Source: Octopus bimaculoides
Lineage: Eukaryota
Assembly (NCBI RefSeq): GCF_001194135.2
Contig: NC_068995.1
Span: 47,097,547 to 47,137,551 of the forward strand
Reading direction: 5' to 3'
Length of the DNA stretch: 40,005 nt
The notes below the pieces were generated by a model that made no database searches, was not told where the DNA came from, and was given only the letters and a program-made list of their open reading frames with translations. Below are positions 33,585-40,005 of the stretch, one piece after another; within the stretch, counting starts at the first letter, position 1, and each line of letters opens with the position of its first letter. The translations under genes were made by a program, and so were the position numbers.

Positions 33585-34145
33585 ATATATACATATATAT
33601 GAATATCTGCATACATATATGCATTCCTAATACATATATACATATGTACATACGTGTGTGTGTGTGTGTGTGTGTGTGTTTGTTAGAGATGTGCCATCTA
33701 AGTAGGCTTGTTATGCAATGCCTACCAAGACAAAAACAATAAATAATGATGATCAAGCATGAAATCAAACAACCATTTTCAAATTCTTTTGAGAAATAAT
33801 AATTAAATGAAGGAAATTCACTGTAAAAATTCATTAAATAGTTACTAATTTAATGTTTGAATATACGAATATAATCAATAAATATATACACAATATACAT
33901 TGGCTTTTCAGTTCAAAGTGTTCACAAATGCATGTTGCTTTTAATCACACATCCTGAGAGTCTAATGCTGTAATACATAAAATATAGCAAAAAAAAAAAA
34001 AAATTAACTGCTTTTGTTAAGTGAGGTTTTAGCGTGAGAATATGAGTGTGTTGCATTGGGTTTGTCCTTTCATCTCATAACTGAGTTCGTTTGATATGTT
34101 TTGAGGGGGTGTTGAAAATAGTAATAATAGACATGGATGTGATGA

Positions 34146-34320
34146 CATCATCATCATCATCATCACTTCATTGTTTAACATCCGCCTTCCATATTGGCGT
34201 GGGTGGGATGGTTCGACACGAGTCGGCCGGGCAGAAGCCTGCACCAGACTTCTGTGACTGTTTTGGCAGGATATTTACAGCTGGATGCCCTTCCTGTCAC
34301 CTACCACTCTGCAGTGTAGA
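34146..34320 (-). mobile_element. Family C element
   Basis: (CAT)n, GTTTAACATCCGCCTTCCAT...TTACAGCTGGATGCCCTTCCTG. Confidence 0.85.
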
Positions 34321-34600
34321 CACATATAAGTATATCTCTATGTAAATGTAAATATAAATGTGTGAGTGTGTGTATATCTGGATTATGCATGTTTTTATGT
34401 ATGTATATATGCATGTATATAGGTATGTATGTTTGTATCAATGCAGTGTAGGTTTATATATAAATATTTTATACATAAAATATGCTGGACGTTTTACTTA
34501 ATTTACCTAAGCACATCTGCATATATTCTTTTATATGTTTCAGGCCAATGAATGTGGCCATGCTGGAGCACTGCTATATATGTATGTATATATATATATA

Positions 34601-34756
34601 TTCTCTGAGTGGTTGGCATTAGGAAGGGCTTCCAGCTGTAGAAACTCTGCCAAATTAGATTGGAGCCTGGTGTAGCCATCTGGTTTCACCAGTCCTCAGT
34701 CAAATCGTCCAACCCATGCTAGCATGGAAAGCGGACGTTAAACGACGAACGATGAT
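34601..34756 (+). mobile_element. Family C element, 3' part
   Basis: GAGTGGTTGGCATTAGGAAGGGCTTCCAGCTGTAGAAAC...AGCATGGAAAGCGGACGTTAAACG plus GAT tail. Confidence 0.9.
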
Positions 34757-34858
34757 GTATGTGTGTGTATGCGTGTTTATATGAATATATGCTTGTGTGT
34801 GTATGTATATATATATATATTCTCTGAGTGGTTGGCATTAGGAAGGGCTTCCAGCTGT

Positions 34859-35672
34859 NNNNNNNNNNNNNNNNNNNNNNNNNNNNNNNNNNNNNNNNNN
34901 NNNNNNNNNNNNNNNNNNNNNNNNNNNNNNNNNNNNNNNNNNNNNNNNNNNNNNNNNNNNNNNNNNNNNNNNNNNNNNNNNNNNNNNNNNNNNNNNNNNN
35001 NNNNNNNNNNNNNNNNNNNNNNNNNNNNNNNNNNNNNNNNNNNNNNNNNNNNNNNNNNNNNNNNNNNNNNNNNNNNNNNNNNNNNNNNNNNNNNNNNNNN
35101 NNNNNNNNNNNNNNNNNNNNNNNNNNNNNNNNNNNNNNNNNNNNNNNNNNNNNNNNNNNNNNNNNNNNNNNNNNNNNNNNNNNNNNNNNNNNNNNNNNNN
35201 NNNNNNNNNNNNNNNNNNNNNNNNNNNNNNNNNNNNNNNNNNNNNNNNNNNNNNNNNNNNNNNNNNNNNNNNNNNNNNNNNNNNNNNNNNNNNNNNNNNN
35301 NNNNNNNNNNNNNNNNNNNNNNNNNNNNNNNNNNNNNNNNNNNNNNNNNNNNNNNNNNNNNNNNNNNNNNNNNNNNNNNNNNNNNNNNNNNNNNNNNNNN
35401 NNNNNNNNNNNNNNNNNNNNNNNNNNNNNNNNNNNNNNNNNNNNNNNNNNNNNNNNNNNNNNNNNNNNNNNNNNNNNNNNNNNNNNNNNNNNNNNNNNNN
35501 NNNNNNNNNNNNNNNNNNNNNNNNNNNNNNNNNNNNNNNNNNNNNNNNNNNNNNNNNNNNNNNNNNNNNNNNNNNNNNNNNNNNNNNNNNNNNNNNNNNN
35601 NNNNNNNNNNNNNNNNNNNNNNNNNNNNNNNNNNNNNNNNNNNNNNNNNNNNNNNNNNNNNNNNNNNNNNNN
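34859..35672. other. Assembly gap
   Basis: N-run. Confidence 1.
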
Positions 35673-35884
35673 ATATATATATATATATATATATATGACT
35701 GTTATGTAATATATATGTGTGTGTATGTGTGTGCCTGTGGGTGTAGATTTCTGTGTATGCTTATGAGTGTGTGTATGTCTGTGTGTGTGTACGTCTGCTT
35801 GTGTGTGTGTTTCTGTGTGCGCCTGGCCTGACCAATATATCCTTATGGCTCTACTAATTAATATGACTAGTAAAGCATGACTAA

Positions 35885-36270
35885 GTTTGCAGCATCAACG
35901 TCATCGCCGTCATCACCATCAACGTCGTCATCATCATCATCATTGTCATTATCACCACCACTACCACCATCACCACCACTATCTCCAGTTACACAACCAT
36001 CACCACATCATCATCATCGTCATTATCACCACCACCACCATCACCACCACCACCATCACCACCACCACCACCACGACCATTACCACCATCAGCACCACTA
36101 CTGCCACCATTGCCATCACCATCACCATCACCATCATTATTATCAGCAGCAGCAGCAGCATTACCACCTACAAGACCACCCCCACCACCACTACCACCAT
36201 CATCACCACTATCTCCTGTTACACAACCACCACCACCACATCATCATCATCATCATCATCATCGTTATCA
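35885..36270. repeat. (CAT/CAC/CAG)n microsatellite
   Basis: Direct reading; contains a repeated ACTATCTCC[A/T]GTTACACAACCA block. Confidence 0.95.
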
Positions 36271-36559
36271 ATTTAATCAGATTATTGATATCATTGTTGT
36301 TAATATTTAGCCCCGGGTCAAACCTGACCAAACAAGCGGGCAGTCTTTATGATCAAAGGCAGTATTATCTTGACCTGTCCATCATTAGTTTCATTTTATT
36401 GTCTGTCACAATAATATATCTCAGACTAAACTATTCAATGTGTGTTTGATTTGATAAAAAGACAGCAGAGTGAGATATGAGGGAGAATGGGCTCCTACTT
36501 CTTGCAGGTCAAACGATTACAAAGAACTTTTCTCATTAGTTCAATGGATTATTGTTGCC

Positions 36560-36715
36560 ATGGTGGTTGTTGTTGTTGTTGTTGTTGTTGTTGTTGATGT
36601 CCTCCTCCTCCTGCTTCTTCTTGTTCTTCCTTCTCTTCATTCTTCTTCTTCTTCTTCTTATTCTTCTTCTTCCTTCTCTTCATTCTTCTTCTTCTTCTTC
36701 TTCTCGTCCTTCTAC
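36560..36715. repeat. (GTT)n/(CCT)n/(CTT)n microsatellite
   Basis: Direct reading. Confidence 0.95.
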
Positions 36716-36850
36716 TTCTCCTGGTATGCATGGGCGACTGCTGGTCTTCCATAAACAACCTTGCCAGGACTTGTGCCTGGGAGGGTAACTTTCTCGGTGC
36801 AATCCCAGGGTCAGTCATGACCGAAGGGGGTCTCAGCAACTATAAGACAG

Positions 36851-37132
36851 CAAGCTGGCAGAATCCTTAGCAAGCCAAGTGAGATGCTTACCGAAATTTT
36901 ATCTGCCACTACATTCTGAGTTCACACTCTGCCGAGCAAAATCCTTAGCAGTATTTTGTCTATCGTTACGTTCTGATGAATTCAAATGAACTGATGTCCA
37001 CTTAATCTTTCATCCTCTCAGCATCGATTAAATAAGTACCAGTTACACACTGGGGTCGATGTAATCGATTTATCCCCTCCCCCAAATGTCTGCCCTTCTG
37101 ACAAAATTTGAAATCATTATTATTATTATTAT
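36851..37132 (+). mobile_element. SINE family A with partially duplicated head, tail type 3 plus (ATT)n
   Basis: Two TTAGC...TTCTGA segments; AAGTACCAG...GGGGTCGATGTAATCG; tail CCTTCTGACAAAATTTGAAATCATTATT. Confidence 0.8.
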
Positions 37133-37309
37133 TAAAACACCCAAACTAGTAAAACCATTATCACATTTGAAACAATGCCAAGTGGTATTTCTTTACATCG
37201 ATATGTTCTGAGTTCAAACTCCACCGAGGTGAGCAGCTAAATTATGGGGCTACAAGCAAACAGCACCAGGTTTCAAGTGCTGGTGGAACAAACACAAAAT
37301 CAGATACAT

Positions 37310-37403
37310 GTAAAACACATGCACACACACTTACATATATATATATATATATACATACACAGATTTATGTGTGTGTGTGCATGTATGTGTGTTTGTGTAT
37401 ATG

Positions 37404-37451
<48 letters not shown>

Positions 37452-38057
37452 TTTATACATGTACAGATGTGTGTGTGTGTGTATGTATGTGTATGCCTGT
37501 GTGTGTGTGTGTGCAAGTGCATATCACTGTGTATATATGTGCATATGAGTGCGTATGTCTGTGTATCTGTATGTGTGTGTATGTGTGTATGCATGTGTGT
37601 GTGTGTGTATATATATATCTGTATGTGTATGTATGTGTGTATGCATGTGTGTGTATATGTATGCATGTATGTGTGTATATATATCTGTATGTGTGTGTAT
37701 GTGTGTATGCATGAATGTGTATGTGTGTGCGTATGTACATGTGAGTACATGTATGCATGAATGTGCATGTGTGTGTGTCTGTATGTATGTGTGTGAGTAT
37801 ATGTATATGTATATGTGTGTATATGTATGCATGTGTGTGTGTATATGCATCTGTATGTGTGCGTATGTATGTGTGTAGGTGTCTGCATAGCACAACAGGC
37901 AGTAAGTAATTACACGGAGACGTAACGCCAAAAGTTTATGGCACACCTCATGTCTTTAATTTCCACTTTCGCAACTATACGAAAGAAGACAAAAAACTAC
38001 AACACAATCGCATGGTATTGATTATCGGACGGTAAGAGAGCTGGAACATACATATAT

Positions 38058-38098
<41 letters not shown>

Positions 38099-38111
38099 GA
38101 TATACATATAT

Positions 38112-38148
<37 letters not shown>

Positions 38149-38525
38149 GATATACATATATATACATGTATATATATATATATTGGTCAGCTTCAGTGTA
38201 GAGACGCTGTCTGGAGTTAGATAGATGGTGATGGAAGTATTTAAGTGATGTTGACAAGGAAAGAGAACGGAGCGGGGTGGGGTGTCGGGTGAGGGGAGAG
38301 CACGATGGGCGGAGGAGGATCACATGGGCAACAGGAAGAGGCTGGGTGAAACTAATGAAACGAAGGGTTGATGTTAGCTCGTGTAATTGATTCTTTCTCG
38401 CTTTATATATGTATATGTATATATATATATATACATACACACATACACACACACGCACACGCACACGCACACGCGCACGCACGCACGCACGCGCGCGCGC
38501 ACAAACATATGTATACATGTATGTA

Positions 38526-38560
<35 letters not shown>

Positions 38561-38600
38561 GCATGTATATATATGTGCATATGTATATATTTGTGTTGTT
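37310..38600. repeat. Long degenerate (GT/TA/GTAT)n and (CA/CG)n tracts with short unique islands
   Basis: Direct reading; source of the CVCV/HTHT ORFs. Confidence 0.9.
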
Positions 38601-38859
38601 TTTGTATATTTTTTTCCTTTTACCTTGCGGCTAGTTGTCCGAGTCGGTTGGTTCCTTGGTTTGTTGGATGGTTGGCTGGTTGATGGGATTATGTGTGTGT
38701 GTGTGTGTGTTTTAGTTATTTTTTTTTTATTTTCTATTTTTTTCTTTTCTGGTGGAGGTGAGGGTGGGTTTTTTGTGTTTTTTTTTTTTTGCTTTGTCTG
38801 CATCCGTGGCTATACCTTTGATGTTGAATATTCCAGCAGACATAAACATCTTTGTCGCA

Positions 38860-39230
38860 GGTGTCACCATCGCTACCGTCATCATCATCATCATCATCAT
38901 TATCGTAGTTGTCATCATCATCATCATCATTGCCGTCGTCATCTTTGTCGACGTCACCATTGTCATCATCATCATCATTATCATCATCCTCACCATCGTC
39001 ATCATCATCATTGTCATAATCAGCCGAATCATTTTCATCAATCGTAATTATTAGTCATTGCCATAGTCTTTCTCCTCTTCCCTCCTCCTCATAATCATCA
39101 CCATCATTGCCACTACCACCATTGTCATCATCATCGTCATTGCTGTCATCATTGTCATCATCATAACCAGCATCATCATCATCATCATCTTCAGTAGCAA
39201 CAGCAGCATCATTATCCTTATTACTGTCAT
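38860..39230. repeat. (CAT/CGT)n microsatellite
   Basis: Direct reading. Confidence 0.95.
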
Positions 39231-39537
39231 TATCCAAAACAGTGGAGACCCCTTCAAATCATATCCTATGTTCTTTAAATAAAAAAAAAAACGTAAAAAG
39301 CATATTTGCATGATTATTATATTGTTGAATGCAAGTATGACTGACAAGGTAACAAGTTCACTTTATAACCAAGAGGTTATGAGTTCAATCTGAATGCATT
39401 GCATTTTGGGTAAGTATCATTACCATATGCCATATCAACCCGATGGGTATAAATTTAAACTGCAACTGGTAGTAGAGCCCAGTTTCAGGCGTTTCGGGGT
39501 TTTGAGGTGTGTGGCATCACATCTTAACCACTATTGT

Positions 39538-39715
39538 TCTTTTCTACTCTAGGCACAAGGCCCGATTTTTGGGGTAGAGAAGGGGCCAGTCGATTAGATT
39601 GACCCCAGTATGCAGAGTTGACTTTGGTGGAATTTGAACTCAGAACACAAAGACAGACGAAATACTGCCAAGCATTTCGTCCGGCATGCTAACATTTCTA
39701 CCAGCTCACCGCCTT
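39538..39715 (-). mobile_element. SINE family A with internal deletion
   Basis: TTCTACTCTAGGCACAAGGCC...GGAATTTGAACTCAGAAC...GCATTTCGTCCGGCATGCTAAC...CAGCTCACCGCC. Confidence 0.88.
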
Positions 39716-39735
39716 TGTATTAGAATGAATATTCC

Positions 39736-39942
39736 TTTCTATTCTAGGTGCAAGGCCCCAAATCTTTATTGTGGAAGGAGGTTAGTCGATTTGATTGACC
39801 CCAGTACACAACTGGTACCTAATTTATCGACCCCCAAAAGGATGAAAGGCAAAGACGACCTCAGCAGAATTTGAACTCAGAATGTAAAGACAAACGAAAT
39901 ACTAAGCATTTCGCCTGGCATGCTAACGTTTCTGCCATCTCA
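39736..39942 (-). mobile_element. SINE family A
   Basis: Second tandem copy about 20 bp after the previous one, same orientation. Confidence 0.9.
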
Positions 39943-40005
39943 CAATAGCCATCCATTGTGAGTATTTTGGGGAAAATAAAAAAAATAAATAAGTGGAACA
40001 ATAGC

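Noticed and set aside
447-39347. Dozens of ORFs rich in [12 protein letters not shown], poly-H, poly-I, poly-M or poly-D
   Set aside because: They are translations of di- and trinucleotide microsatellites, open in several frames and on both strands; no coding signal
1-40005. CRISPR arrays, rRNA, prokaryotic operons or terminators
   Set aside because: No regularly spaced repeat-spacer structure or rRNA-like sequence; the DNA is clearly animal repetitive sequence

Overview
AT-rich, microsatellite-saturated eukaryotic DNA from a gapped draft assembly (9 N-runs, about 3.4 kb). The repeat landscape looks like a coleoid cephalopod, most likely Octopus; this is an inference from remembered repeat families and was not verified. 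No host protein-coding gene is recognisable. Almost all supplied ORFs are artefacts of (TA)n/(CA)n/(CAT)n repeats, N-runs or SINEs. Three mobile-element coding remnants are recognisable, all on the minus strand: two decayed RTE-clade LINE reverse-transcriptase fragments (about 17.7-18.3 kb and 20.2-21.3 kb) and a Penelope-like GIY-YIG endonuclease fragment (about 22.07-22.34 kb). About 25 SINE-like copies fall into four main multi-copy families (labelled A-D here), three of them with clear TSDs. There is also a tandem Helentron/HINE-type element and a pogo/Tigger-like end. The most unusual content is a set of foldback elements: a perfect 149-bp-arm palindrome (5360-5679), several imperfect palindromic MITEs, and an 87-nt hairpin (33498-33584). 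One arm of that hairpin folds as a minimal hammerhead-like motif with a compensated U3-A8 core. A second dispersed three-copy family also carries a degenerate hammerhead-like motif. Together these suggest non-autonomous, Penelope-related, possibly self-cleaving elements; this remains a hypothesis.
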